From: Psilocybe cubensis
Taxonomy: Eukaryota
DNA: 64,000 nucleotides
Assembly: GCA_017499595.2 (NCBI GenBank)
Contig: CM039000.1
Location: forward strand, 124,001 to 188,000
Direction of reading: 5' to 3'
Shown here: piece after piece, positions 34,401 through 48,400 of the stretch
How positions within the stretch are numbered: position 1 is the stretch's first letter
Layout: each line of letters begins with the position of its first letter
Translations under genes and position numbers: made by a program
Notes under the pieces: generated by a model
The model's database searches: none
The model's input: the letters and a program-made list of their open reading frames with translations, nothing else
Told to the model about the DNA's origin: nothing

Positions 34401-37400
34401 TGTTATTTTTTTCCACTTAATTCATTGGGTTTGTACGTGGGCCGCAACTTGCGTATTATGACACGTACGAATCCTAAAGCTTGAATTTGAAGCTTTCCAT
34501 TTCCAGTTATGATAGATTCGTCATTGGCCAATATAAGTAACCTATAGCTTCAGTGTATTACTATTAGTTCCTTGTGCATCAGAAATTAATGTTCTGGGTC
34601 TCAGGCCTGTTATGAGTCGGTGCTGGATTTGCGGGAAATCACTCGGCAGGACTATCGGACAGTATATCTGGGTGCATGTCATTCACAGTTCCGGCTTTTC
34701 AGGGTCTCATGCGTGGCTTAAATTTGTGGGTTATATATTCACTAACTATTAATGAGGGCCTGTATGTTTTTGAAAGTGAAGAAATGTCTGGACAACATGA
34801 CGGAGCATTTCGGAGTTCAAAGATGTGGCTACTACATTCTAAGCCGCACGGCATCGTCACAACACAACAAACCGATTGAACAGTCCCTGGATTGATGATT
34901 TGATCCTCACTTGGTTACTGAATACAACTGGGCGACTGAGCCTCATTTGGACGGCCTTACAATTGACGTGAATCGTTATTTAATGTGCAAAATTCTTAAT
35001 GTAATTATTCGAAATAAATTACATTCTCTGCATCTAGGGATATTGGAGTGCGGACGTTGCTCTGTGCCATATTTATAATGTCAGAGAATAGAATTATTGA
35101 CGTAACATTCTCGGAGACCGCTTTCAGAATGGGACGTCTGAAACAGATCCAACAAATCTGTGACTTTAGGTCAGGGTACGGCTCAATCAAAGAGAAGGAA
35201 CTTTCACAGTGTCATTTGAATTCTTACTTCCGAGGCCGATTACATGCCGACTATTTACTATTGCCCAAGGGATCTGGGATGGTACGCGGAAACAATTGTC
35301 ATTCGTTACGAACTTGGAGCTTACGTCGCGTCACTGCGCACGGTCGGTATATATTGAACTGGATTTGTTGGCGAGCACCGTTTTGCCGCCTTCCCTGTGC
35401 TCAGAGTACATTACAAAGCAAGTCTTCTTTGTTCTTCAAGAAATGTTCGAGCCTTCCACCTTCTCTGGACCAAACCTTGTATCACTTTTACTCATTACAT
35501 GGTAATTGTAAGTTTCTCCAAGCCGTAAATTTCCAAAACTTACTGGTGTCTAGGATCCACGGCATCTCATTAGTTGAGTACAGCTTATATATGACATACT
35601 ATCCTAGGATACATTGACACAGGTTTTTCAGATGATGGCATCGCAGTATTTCATGCACCACGCGAAAAATGATGGCAAGGTCACAAAAGCGGTCGTGGGC
35701 ATCCTCTGGTAAGTAATTTCATGTTCTCGGATGCCCGTTACAATATACCAAGGGATTTGACGAAGTTCAATCTTCCAGCGTTTTGGGAACTCTTGAAGTA
35801 GTATTTACTATTCATCAGGTTTACTACCTTCTAGTAATCTGTGGTAGCAATCGTCAATGTCTGACAACCATGCAATTGTAGGTAGCCTATTGCCGTATTT
35901 TCCCTCTGCATAACGATATTTAAATATCTAGTTCCGTACTTGTGAGCATTGGCATCCAAACCTAAGAACTGCTAGTCACTGACCCAACTAACAGGGGCAG
36001 TATGCATGTATTGTGAGTCGCCTCTTTGTGCTCGAGTACATACATTTATACATTTTGCAGTTTCTGATAAAGCTGATTGGCCAAGGGTTCGTATTTTTAA
36101 ATTTCAGTCATTCACGTTTCATATGCAAGAAGTACTCAAAACGACATTGTTCATGTCAGCTTTTGTGCAAACACCATTTGGACAGGCGAGTTATATTCAA
36201 TCAGAAAACATCATTATATACAACCAAATATCAACCAATGCGTATTGCAGCTGGACGGAGCTTTGGTACACAGGCAGCATTTATCGCCATACCTGTGGTG
36301 AGTCCATTTTTCATGCATTCAAACCTACACTCATGATCGGAAATTCATGCAAAATTAGCTCCTTCTATCGCTCACGCAAATGGGTACGTCCTACGTATCG
36401 GTTCAATTACGCACAACGTAACTTACGGTGAGATGAAACAAATAGGCTCAGGGTTAGGTGTGCCTCACAAGTCGAATCAATGTAGATTGAACAACTTATA
36501 CTTCCTTCTTAACATCATTTGGGTACACCTCCTACTTGCTAGCTCAGGTTGTGATAACGTTTGTCAACTTCGATGCATACCATGTTATCTGTCATCTTGA
36601 TTGCCACCTATAGGGGAGATCAAGTATATTTTCATCGTTTAGCAACCTCCAAACAAGCATCATTTCTTAAGGTTGCTCTCCGTTATAATCATTTTGGAAA
36701 ATTAACTTACCCGCCTCGCTCGATAGATAGTTACATCGATTCAGAACTTTGCATCCCTCGGTTGTGATGTTCTAATTTCGGCGACACTGTGCTGGATGTT
36801 CCATGCACATCGCTCTGGAATGAAGAGGTAAACCCCCAAGAAGCCTCTTTCCTTTCTTTTTAGGTCTTTATATCAGAATCCTTGATAGATCCAACTCGAT
36901 CATCAACAAGCTCATTATATTTGCCATCAATCGAGCGATTGCAATGAGGTAAATCGTGATGTACCGCTCATAATTTCGACCTTTTTTAAATTTTTACTAT
37001 TCCAGCTTATGCTCAGCGTTAACAGTGGCTTTGGTAAGTGGATTTTTATACATTTTATATCATTATTCCATTCTGTTTCTGATATTGCGACTACAGTTTC
37101 AAACACTTTACGGGACCTTTTATTTGTGTGTATATTAAACATGTTCTATGTGTGCCTTTCAGCTTGCTCATTTGTTATAGTAAGATACCGTTTCTCGCGA
37201 GCGCTCAAGGTGCGTTTCCAAGGTTGGAAAGTACCTAATTCTCACACGGTAAACGCTAAATTGTAGTTTGCATCGTATCTGTAATCACGCCGTAGGTCTT
37301 TTGTTTTTAGTACTCATGTACCAAGTGACTTACTCATTGTCAAATTTCAAGATTAACAATGAGGCGCAAGCTCCAGGAGGAGAACGACCGTTCTATCAAT

Positions 37401-38658
37401 CTGTCACAGGTGGTCAATGAAGGTTTAGTCAGTGCAGTCAAATATGAAAGTAGTATGAGGAACCAGTCAATCTAAGATCCGCTTATTCCACGAAGTGTCT
37501 AATTATTTTACTATTTGTCAGTCAGAGACAGATTTAGAAAAAAAGGCTCATGGTTCTTCATGACGATTTCACAATATACTCTACTTTGAGGACTTCTGAA
37601 CAAAACGCCAACCACCAAGTAATTCTATAAAGACAATGAAATAGTAATCAACATCTTGAAGCTTTCTTTAGCTGTCCTGCCATAGTCCTGGTGTTCTCAA
37701 GGCGGAACAATCCGGCGCTGAGTTTGATGAATGTAATTATCTGTCCGTACATTTTCTGCCCTTTTTTCATTCGGTCTAACGCAACTCGCTACTGCTTTAT
37801 CTTCCTAATTCATTTTCCTCAAAAACTATCTGATAGTCTGGATGTACGGCATTATTCACTCAAGGATCTCACCACTCTCACAGTTGATTTTGGGCGCGGG
37901 CTTTCTTACGACCTTGTCTGTTCAACCTGCCTTTCAAACAGAGCTTACGAATGAGCGAGGCTCATTGCCTTTTATACGATGTCGAGAAATCCTCATTCAG
38001 CCGGCAAGTACATTGAAAAACAGCTTCGGGATTGTCGTATTGACAGGCAAACCCCCCTACCTTCGGACACTTCTTGCAAGACACATTATACCATTGCTTT
38101 CACAATGCGGCGATCTTGAAGGAACGTACGGATTTGGTGCGAATGCACGATTTCATAGTCAATTATCAGGCTGACAACCTATGGAACTTGGGTCCTCTCC
38201 TGAGAGAGTGGGCGCGTCCATATACAGGAGACTCGTGGATTTCGGTGCATACTTTTATTTGCCCACACTGCCTGACAGTGACATGAAATATATCAGAACA
38301 CATCTGAAATACACCACCGCCCGCCTTTGAATGCGACAGCTAAACCTTGTGCATGACACCCAAGACGATGAGATGTAGTATCCTATCAATCTTTCCCAGC
38401 CCTCCAAAACATCATATTTCCGGTACCATCAGTGTTTTTCTCATAATTAATTCTATCTAATGCTAATGAAATTTGTTTTCTATTATGCTAAAAGTGACAT
38501 TCCCTGCCCTCTCCCCTAAATTTGCGAATCTCCGTGTGTCATCAGATAAAGTGATTAGATTAGATCTCCCGGCACTATCCGTTGGTTGGCATAACAAGAA
38601 CAACAACTGGTTATTCGTGCTCACAGCGACCACAGTGTCGCAGCTTTCGCTGAAGCAA

Positions 38659-40741
38659 ATGTCTTCATTCACTGCTCTGCCTCCTGAGATACACGTAGAA
38701 ATTATTCAAAACCTTGAATATTCGTCTCTTCTTCGGTGCGCTGCTGTAAGTGACCCTCATTTGACACGATTTTTGCTGTGACGAGGCACACAGACTTGCA
38801 GATCACTGTATGAGCTATGTCAAACGTCCTCAAAGCTCCAATACACGATTAATCTAGGTAAACATGGCATGATCGATGCTGGTAGTGGAACCCCACCTTT
38901 GGACCTCCTCATGGACCTGAGACAGCTACGGGAGGGGTGGGAGAACATCGCTTACAAGCGGTACGATAAAATCAGCATCGACGAAGATTGTCTCGCCTAC
39001 GAGCTCGTCGGTGGGGTGTTTGCGCTCTCTGATGGTGTGGGGCTGAAGACAATCCAACTTCCCTCCTCTCGAGTCGAATCACATATGATGGACAGAAAGT
39101 TGTTGGGTGTCCTTGTGAGAGACTTTGCAATTGATCCTACGCAGGATGTAGTGGTGATTCTCGAGGACGATCAAGCGTACGTCTATTTTCTCTTACGATT
39201 TTTGCATTCTAATTATCAATAGGCTTGTATCATACCATAACACCCGTACCACGAACTTTCACATCCGCACCATATCTACCAATGAAAAGCATCCGCTGGC
39301 CGCCTTTGAGACGCTTTCATTCACTATACCACCCGATCTGGACTTTGGGAATGCCATAGGTAGTGTCATGCTACAGCTCACCGACAACTTGCTGTCTATA
39401 TTCATCGCCAAAGGACCTGCTTTCTCTGCTATGTGTCGCGCGCTCATCTGGAATTGGCAAACTGGTTTCCTCATCTACGACTCCAACAACACTGGTCAAG
39501 ACGGGCCTCTCCCATCACATATTAGAGATTTCTCTCTTCTTACAAAAGACTGCTTTGTCATGGCCTCCACGCGCGACAGCGGTGCCCTGCTTTTATACAC
39601 CTTTTCAACAACTCCCCCAGTTCCATCCCAACCGGGAGTGCCACCCCCTCCTCCAAGACTTGCCGCAAAGCTGCGCCTCCCACCGATACGTCCAGAGTAC
39701 CGTGTACAGCGGGTTGGCATTCACGCGGGTCCATACCACGCACGCGCGCCTGCTTCCGCGCCATTTTACACCTCTCCAGAAGAGGGTGTCCAGACGGTAT
39801 CAATTGCTTACGCAGTGCGAGATCTGACGAGGGATAGAGGTCCTGGGGAGGTCATCTATCACTATTTGATGTTCGTCAAAACCCGGACACTAATCAACTA
39901 TGCGCGCCGTCGCATTGTAGAAGTAAAATCTGAAATGGAGATTGAAGACGATACAAATAAGGATGATGGTTTGGTTGTTGAGTGGGGCCAGTGGGGTGAA
40001 TACAACACGCGCTTATTTCCAATGGAGACCCCAATGCATTGGTTACGGTAAGTCAACGCCACCCCTTTGGAAACACGCCTCAACGGTTTTGATGCCAATT
40101 TCACCAACATAGATATGTCCACGGCCATCGCGTAATATGTTCATCCCAACTTTTTCACCGCGGCTCCATCCCCACCTCGTCTCCACGGAATGGCATCACG
40201 TTCAATATACTCGACTTTAACCACAACCCATACTTTACGCCCAATTCAGCTGCTCGAAGGCGCGATTTGTATGACCGGCCCACAATGGGGCGTTCCAGAT
40301 TGTCCGTACAGCCTCAGGCTCGCTCAGGTCTCGATGTGGATTATGATTTTGGTCCCCCGCACTCTCATGGGGTGGATGTCGAAATTGATCTGGATGTAGA
40401 TGCGTTCGCGTATTCGACTTCCCACACGCGCACACTCACAAACGCCACCTCTGCATCTAGTGCCGATGACATAGTCTACCCACCCCATCTCTTTGAAGAC
40501 GGGCTTGTCACGCGACTACCATTCTATTCGACGTCGTGGACTGTTCCCTCGACAATGTATGACGCAAGGTCAGACCTGTTTGCGGATCCGCAAAGCTTTT
40601 ATGCCAGTATGATTGACGAAGAGCGGGTTATTGGGTTAAAGGTGTGTAATTTTGCATTCCAGTTTCTGGAGCTGATGCTCTTCTATGTCACTTTAGATGA
40701 ACGAGGGTGCAGGCATGGAGTTGCATGTGTTTTCATTCTGA
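38659..40741 (+). CDS. F-box domain protein (Agaricomycete expanded family)
   Basis: N-terminal F-box MSSFTALPPEIHVEIIQNLEYSSLLRCAA. Introns join ORFs 38869, 39368 and 40267. Typical motifs DFAIDPTQD, LIWNWQTG, WGQWGEYNTR, MIDEERVIG; last exon MNEGAGMELHVFSF*. Confidence 0.8.
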
Positions 40742-41159
40742 CACTGTACCTGTCTGTATAAAGTATACACATCAAGTATGACATTGGGCGTCTATTTGTA
40801 TATCAAATCAATGTATCATTTGTGTTCTATGTGCGTGGACGTCGGTACTAAGGAAAAGTTACTGAACGACATACCTCCCAGACATAAATCACCGTCTTTC
40901 GCGGGCGCTCTTCAATGCAGAGCATCATGCTGACCACAATACTCTAGTCTAATATTCTCGCTCCTCCCAACGTAGCCAAAAATGTGCATGAGTGACGTTG
41001 GATCCTATTATTATCCCTGACTATCAGTATGACGACTACCGTGTCGATCATATGACACATGGCGCACTTGTCTCGAAGAGCCTAGTCTCTAGCCTTGCTC
41101 TCTTGTCTTGGTAAAAGTCTCTTCATGCCTTTTCTCCATTTCAATTCTTGACATCCATT

Positions 41160-42268
41160 ATGTACGGTGTGGTAAGATAATCTTTCACTACTTAAAACTA
41201 CTCACTCATCTTTCATGTAATGCCAGATTCGGTTCCTCGATACGCCGCTCCTCCCTAGCTCCACACCAGAAGATTGCCCAAAAGTCATTAAATCCGGAAT
41301 CGACGATGAAGGACAACACCCCAAATCACCCGCCGTCACTGGACCCTGTGGCGTGGCAACATTGCTGCACCGCATCGGCAGTGAACAACTTCTTGAGCGG
41401 TTGCTCGACGTGAATGGGACAGAGGAGTTTGACTTGGTCGTGCACACGCCAAAGGACAGTGTCCATCAAGACCTATATGTCCGACGGCGAGCTCGAGAGG
41501 TTGAGGTGTGTAGAACAGTTGACCATTCAAAGTCAAGGCCATTGGTATTGGACTTTTGCACTCACGCATCAATTCAGATGGGCTTTATAGACTCGGAAGG
41601 GCGGTATGCCCAGCCTGGCATGCGATACCGTATCGAAGATTCTCCATCAGAACCCCCCTTTCAAGGTGTTGCGAAGTGGGTACCCGTATCGACGTCCGAG
41701 TTCGGTGAGCCATGGGGTGGGGCCGAACACTGGGTCCGCGCACAGGGGAGTGCGTTCGCAAAAGCTATTTGGTACAACCAATACTTCGACTACCCTAACA
41801 TTGACGTCAACTGGAGCCCGGGTCAGACAGAAAAAGACACAGAAGCACTCGCAACATGGATGAAGGAACGCGCAGATAGGCTAAAGATGCAGAGTGACAA
41901 GGAGGACGCGGAGTACGAAGAGAGGAAGAAAATCTTCGGGGATAGGTTTCATTTGGAGGAGGATCGGTTAGCAAGGGAAACACACGCGAAGATTAAACGT
42001 GCATGCCGTGCACAGTGTGGGGAGGACAATCCGACGTTGGTGTGTTCAAAATGTAAAGTCACACGTGAGTTACTTCGACAGAGTTCTGTGTTTCCTGAAG
42101 ATCTCATTTGTGTCAACTTTCAAAGGATATTGTAGTAAGAAGTGTCAGGAGGAAGACTGGAAGGTTTGTCTGCCTGCTTCAACTCTCCTCTTTCTCACTG
42201 ATCTAGCATTCTAGTATCATAAGACATACTGCGGATCGGAGACTCCAATTTCTGAACTCGCAGCCTAG
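41160..42268 (+). CDS. MYND-type zinc-finger protein
   Basis: ATG TAC GGT GTG|gtaag at 41160 splices to the 41227 exon. Spliced C-terminus CRAQCG...LVCSKCKVTRYCSKKCQEEDWKYHKTYC is the MYND pattern; TAG at 42266-42268. Confidence 0.8.
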
Positions 42269-42404
42269 CGAGCTATACATCTCATGAACAAATCATCTAC
42301 GATGCAAATTCGGAATTCGGACCATTTGTTACAATGGTAGGCATATACATCATTTGGTTAAACGCTTCAATACAACAAACATTTCAATACAACAAACATT
42401 AGAA

Positions 42405-45400
42405 TCACGATTGTGTTCCTTCAACTTCAATGGACTGTTCAAGTCTCCGTAAAAGGTCGCGATGCATATTTTCAAACCGTTCAAGTTCTTCAATTAATAT
42501 ATCAGCGTTGTAAATTTTGGCATTCTCGAGAACTAGTTGGGAGATCAATCATCATACGTTTACTGGTATGTCAGAGCAGACTTACGGATGTTGAAATGTT
42601 CCGGCAAGCGCCGAATCATATCGTGCTTGTATATGATTTCATGTTGTATCTTCGCTTTGAGATCGTTCATGTTCCATTCATCAGCTATCAGAAAAACCTC
42701 GAGTAAATCCCGCATCAGGTGCAACAGCTTCTCTTTGTCTTCTGTTTTGGCAGACAATTCAATCTCTCCCGTATAGACAAAATCTGGATAAATTATATGT
42801 TAAGTCACTTGATCGCGAAAAAACACGGTGTAATGGACCTACCGAGGACAGCTTTTGCGCCAAACGAAGTCCCATGGGTATCGATGAAGTTATCTTTGGC
42901 CTCCTTCCACGACTGCATAGTGAAGAAATGAGGAATTGCGGCTGCCAAAACGACACGATGTGCTCTAAGCTTTGTGAGATCTACATCCACATGCACCGTA
43001 TCCTGAAAACTATTTCTTGGTACAAGAGTAACATCCGTGCAGGTCCCAGATAATCGCAGGGAGTTGAGCCTGTCTTTCCACTGTTTAAATTGAGCATCTG
43101 TAGAGGGATTGGGAATGTCGACAGGCTTCCTATCGGTCTCCTTCAAAGATTTACATCCAGCGGCAAGAAGTAGCGGCTCGAATAGCAGAAGAAATTCGCG
43201 TGCGTAAACGAGGGGATTGACGTCGTACTGGAGATATAGTACAACCTCCTTTGCAGAGACCCATTTTCCACTCCAAGACTCACTTGTGGGATCGGATACG
43301 TTTAGAAATATCCTCTCGGCTTGAATGGCTTGAAGGTGAATCTTGGCATCATATGAATGATCATTCAACCATGCATACGTTTCCTTGATATCTGACAGCA
43401 GCGTCAAGTCTCCGGGGTGATCAAGCGCTATAACGGTCGTCAAAGTCTTTAGGTGAGCGACCTAATTTACGTCAGAAAAAGCTAATAAATCGGCTTTTTA
43501 TTAAACCCGCACTTACCACCTCAGCGGTACTCGGAACCCCCAGCGCTGTATTAGACCGGCTAAGGGGTTCAGATGGTTCGGACAAAAATAGTCCGCGTTG
43601 CGTCCAAGCTACTGGTTCGAACTTCGCGAGGACAAGCTGTGACGGCGCTACAAGACGAGGAAGGTCTTGAGCGCAGTAATGAGTTTGAATGTGGTATGAT
43701 AGGCCCTGTCTGCGAATATCCTTTCTTTGAACGAATTGAATCGAGTCCAGAGATGCCCACACAGACCGTAAGTTCGCATGATTCCATATTAAGGGAGGAA
43801 TTTCCTCCTGATATGCCAAAAATGCTTTTGTAGACATAGCGCAGACACGTGACCAATTTGTGTGTCCTGGTCCATATTGGCTGAAGGCACTCGCGATAGC
43901 ATTGCAACAGTGACAAATGGTGGTCAAGTCAACTTTTTGAATTAACCCGTAGTTTTTCCAGTCGCAAATCATCTGAAATTCTTCATGAAGGAATGACGAT
44001 TGTGGAGTAAAAATCAGGGTCGCCGAAAAGAGCCAATTTCCAGAATCATAGAGCTCATCGATCCGCCTGAGGACTCCCTGTTGGTCGGGAACCATTAATC
44101 CGATATATATTGGATCCAATTTATGATAGCGAAGCATTGAACGGAGGAAATTTTTCATTTTATCAATTTCTTCCCTCGACGTCAGCTTCGCGGGAAGAGT
44201 GATCTTAGACATTACCTGTACGGCTGAGAGCGTAGGACTATCGCGGCCTAAGCAATACTGAATCATAGCATTCAGTTGGGCAGAACATGAAGCCAATAGA
44301 GAATCCTTTTTCATAAACGGCAGGACATGGGCGACGTCGAGATGAACAGGAAGGACATCAATGTCGGCTGCACATCTATAAACCAGTTCCCCATTTTTGT
44401 ACGCCGTCCATATAGGTAGTTCTGCCCAATCCCTTTTTTGCATGGTCGACGACGTGGTCCATGTTCCTGTGTTCCAGGATGATAAAACCGACGGTAGCCG
44501 CTGTTTTGCCCATTCCGAGAACACTTTCATCTTTGCTTCAGGAAGGGAGGAAAGAGTGTGAAAGCCAATTTTATGGATGCACTGGACAATGTTGACCAAA
44601 AGATTTGGAAACAATGGGGAAAGAAATTCGTCCAAAGGTGAATTGTGAATGGGTTTGACTACATCTATACCCAATAAGCCTACAACGTCAAGGAGCTCTT
44701 CCGAAATGACCTTGTTGTAAACAATGCGGTCTGAGGTACATTCTGACAAGGGCAATACTGTTGATGCTCTTGTTTGGACTATCTGAAGTCCGCTTCGCTT
44801 CAAATGATCAAGACTAGGTGGACCCGGCATGTATCTGTACCATGTATCCCAGAATTGCGATATCCATTGGACCCTTTGTCTTGATTCCTGGTGACGCAGT
44901 TCCTTCTCGATGAGGTCGATAATATTTTCCTCCGTCAAGCTGTGTATGTTCACTGCGCAATCGCTTATTAAACGATTTATAACGTCCTCACTATACCCCT
45001 CTGCCAACAAGCGTGAAGAGGGAAAGGCAGACCAGAGCGAACGGTCTACTACATATACAGGATCGTGGGATTTCCCAGGGATCTCATAGATGCGGCAGTC
45101 TGGGGCAAGGAGCAGTAGCGGCAATCCAACCAGCGACGTTTCGGCACAAAGATACTGCAATGTTGCAAGTATAGAGCTCTTGATCAATCCGCCATTATCG
45201 GAAAGAACTTTACTGGTATTCTGCAGAAGAGCATTTTTGACGAAGGAAGGTTCAAGACGTTTGGCAGAGTGCAATCGTGAAAAAGGTCTATAGCGATCAG
45301 ATGTCACGAAAAAAGGAACCTGCAACATTTTGAGGATATATTCAACGCCTTCCTGATCATGAATGGAAAAGATGGACTGCGAGAAAGTAATCCATCTATT

Positions 45401-48400
45401 GGTACAATCCTCGATAATTGGAGCAGGTGAGTGGGGCAGGGAACGATGGACGCCGTCCGTGACTATGTTAGATACATCATCAGAACCACGAAGGTGCCAC
45501 CAGCGATTGCTTGGTCGCATATTTGGGCGCTGTGCATTATTCTGGATAACGTACGCAAGTGTTTTCAGATATAGTGGAGCGATGAGGTAGTCAAGAATCC
45601 ATGTGTTAAAAGACGTATGAGAGTCTTTTTGGTCTTGACCGTCGGCTGAGTTGATAACGAGGTTCTGACGATTCGACGATATTGCAAATCTTGCATTCAG
45701 GTGGAATGGAAGTGAAGTCGACTTGGGAAGTGGGACAGTTGAAAATGTATATCCTTCAAAATTCGGGTCTTGCTCGACCTTAGCAACGCAGACAGCAAGC
45801 TGGACTTTGACATTGCATGGATCCATCTTCATGGCGGCGGCAGTCTTTAGATGCTGTTGCGGAACCTCACCAGTATCGGATGTGGCTATAACCCAATTTT
45901 CTGGGGTCTCCCCTGCTGGGATGGCATGGTTGCGACCTAGGCTGAGCTGCATATTCTGTATATTGATGTTGCCGACCAACTGTCCTGGGTCCCTTCTTGT
46001 CGAACACTCCCAGAAGCAAGCACGAATATTTCCATATGTGGCTTCGAATGCAGCTATACTCTGTAGGTGAGTACTAAAAAACAGTGAATTTTGGGCAATT
46101 TTTTTGTAGGAGGACTCGATATATTGCCGTGTTTGCACAAGGTCTGACGCCTTTTCGGTTATAGTCGCACAAAGGGGTAGTATGATCAAAGTCTATTTGT
46201 AAAATTTCATGAGTTCAAATAGAGTGTTTCGAATCAGAGTGTTTCCTTACGCCGTTATACCGGGACTCCGCTGTTGAAAATCCAAAAAGGTCATTGTATG
46301 GCGAAAGCTGGTCTGGGTAGGAGCTACAGTTCTATGAGCTCAAAATTGACACCGTGTATGTATGTGTAGAAACAGATACCTAATAAAACTCGAAAGATTC
46401 TTGGAGGTTGCCGTGCGTTTACGTCGGCTTTTGAACGGGGGCAGATAACTCCCCGATGGATCGAGAATTAAAACTCTTTCATCAGAGATTATAGTGGCTA
46501 CCTAAGTAGAAACAACAAAAATTAGACAGCTTATCCCGAACCGGAGAGATAAAACGCACATCGGTAAAGTAGTAAAAGTTTAAGGCACCAAGCCCATGCC
46601 GTCCATGTGTATCCATGTTGCGACCCTTTCCACCGGTCCCAACCTTAAGAATACCCGACATATCCTTTGGTGACATTTTTGCATCGTTGTGAAGAGCGAG
46701 GAAAGGCCAATCTAAAAGACGTTGAATTTGAGGAGACACCACTCGCTCTCGGACCGATCGAGCAACACCATTGCTCAGAAGTAAGGAGAATTTCTTGGCC
46801 CAGGCATCGTCAGCATTTGCAATGAACTCTGTGATGGCATATTTGGGGTCGTAGTCTCGAAGGAAGCCTTTTATTCGCGTGACAAAATCCTCACCCATTT
46901 GCTCTTCCTGCTCTTCGTTATCTTCGTCATCGTCGTCTCCAAGAGCAATAGAGCTGAGCAATGGGATACCGAGAGATTTCGCCAGTGCGCTTGATATTGA
47001 GCTATGTACTGCAAATTTCCCTTGGACCGCTGAAGAAAGAAACCTTGACTTAACATCTTGAAAGTACACATCATTTGCAGGATGGGCTTGCCCATTTTCG
47101 CAAGGTAAATAAATGACGTTTTGAGAAATTTTGTTCTGGTGGTAGGTAGCAATTTCATTTAGAATAGATATTGCGGCCTCTCGCCCCAGAACAGACGCAA
47201 ATGAGTAGACATTCTCATTCATGGGAAGTACACCAATGATCATGTTCAATTGCGCTAGTAGCAATGGCATCGGAGGCCTAGATTAGGCCATGCACGTCAG
47301 TGCCACATGATACAAGTAGACAATCCAAGATACACACCTTTTTTGGCATCCCATTAATTGTAAAAAGTGAACGCGCTGCAGTCTGTTATCTATAGCGCAG
47401 AACGGAGTCCGCAGCTGAGTATTGTCGAACAAGGCATATTGTGTCTCAGCCAAATTATCTGGCACTTGATTAGTCGGGATCCATCGTCGACCAGATACCA
47501 GATTTTGAAGATCGCGTAGAAAATCATCTCGAAATTGACATTCCGCGAGTAATTTGTCAATATAGACGATTATTTTTATCAGTCTAATAGATCTCCCTTC
47601 AGGGGGTATCGCGGCATTCTCCAACGTGGATTTGAACTGAGCTAGGAGAACATGTCGGGGGACAGGGGCGCACCAGCCCAAAGCATCTCTCAGAGAGTTA
47701 TTCAGAGTTGAATCAAGTATAGTCAGCGTAAGATCGTAATAATAACGATGAGCGTGAGTATCATGTGAGTACTTATCGCGACATTCCAAAGGTGTGATCA
47801 GTTTGGATGACCCAGGCGCAGGGATCCAAGCCTTGTCTCTGTTGCATGCAACAAAGGCTTTGAAACCTGGACTCCAGAAGCGATCAAGGAGCATCAAGAA
47901 ATTGACGGCTTTTTGGTGTAACTGAGGGTCAGCGTGCAAGGACGATGCAAAGTACTGAATCCGATCCTCAACAACGTGCTGGTCCACCTCGTGTCGAAGA
48001 AACCCAAATGAGATCATGATGTTGAGGTAGTCCTTCTCGCAAAATCTCCCAGTAGGCATCTTAGCTGGCTCGCCGATGTATAGATCAGAAAGCAATGAAT
48101 GAGGATGGATTAGGTTCTTTGGAGCAACACGATCCGGATGATTGTTGACGGTAACAAAAGGGATATCATCGAGCGAGGCTCGGAGCCTTGGAGGTAATTG
48201 ATAGGAGTTCAGAAAAATGCATCCAATAAACACATCTTGATGGTCTTGGGGTTGTTGTTCCCAGTTATCGACGGCAAGCTGGAGAAGTTCAAATTGAGTC
48301 TCAACCGAGATATTGCTACTTTCAACCAGTTTTAGAAGAGACCGCGTCACAGAATCTCGCATGTCGACATAGATCACATTTGGGTAAGCCTTAAGGCGCG

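Noticed and set aside
33300-38400. Short ORFs and exon-like fragments, some hydrophobic
   Set aside because: Could be decayed genes, but no consistent splice model or recognisable motif could be built.
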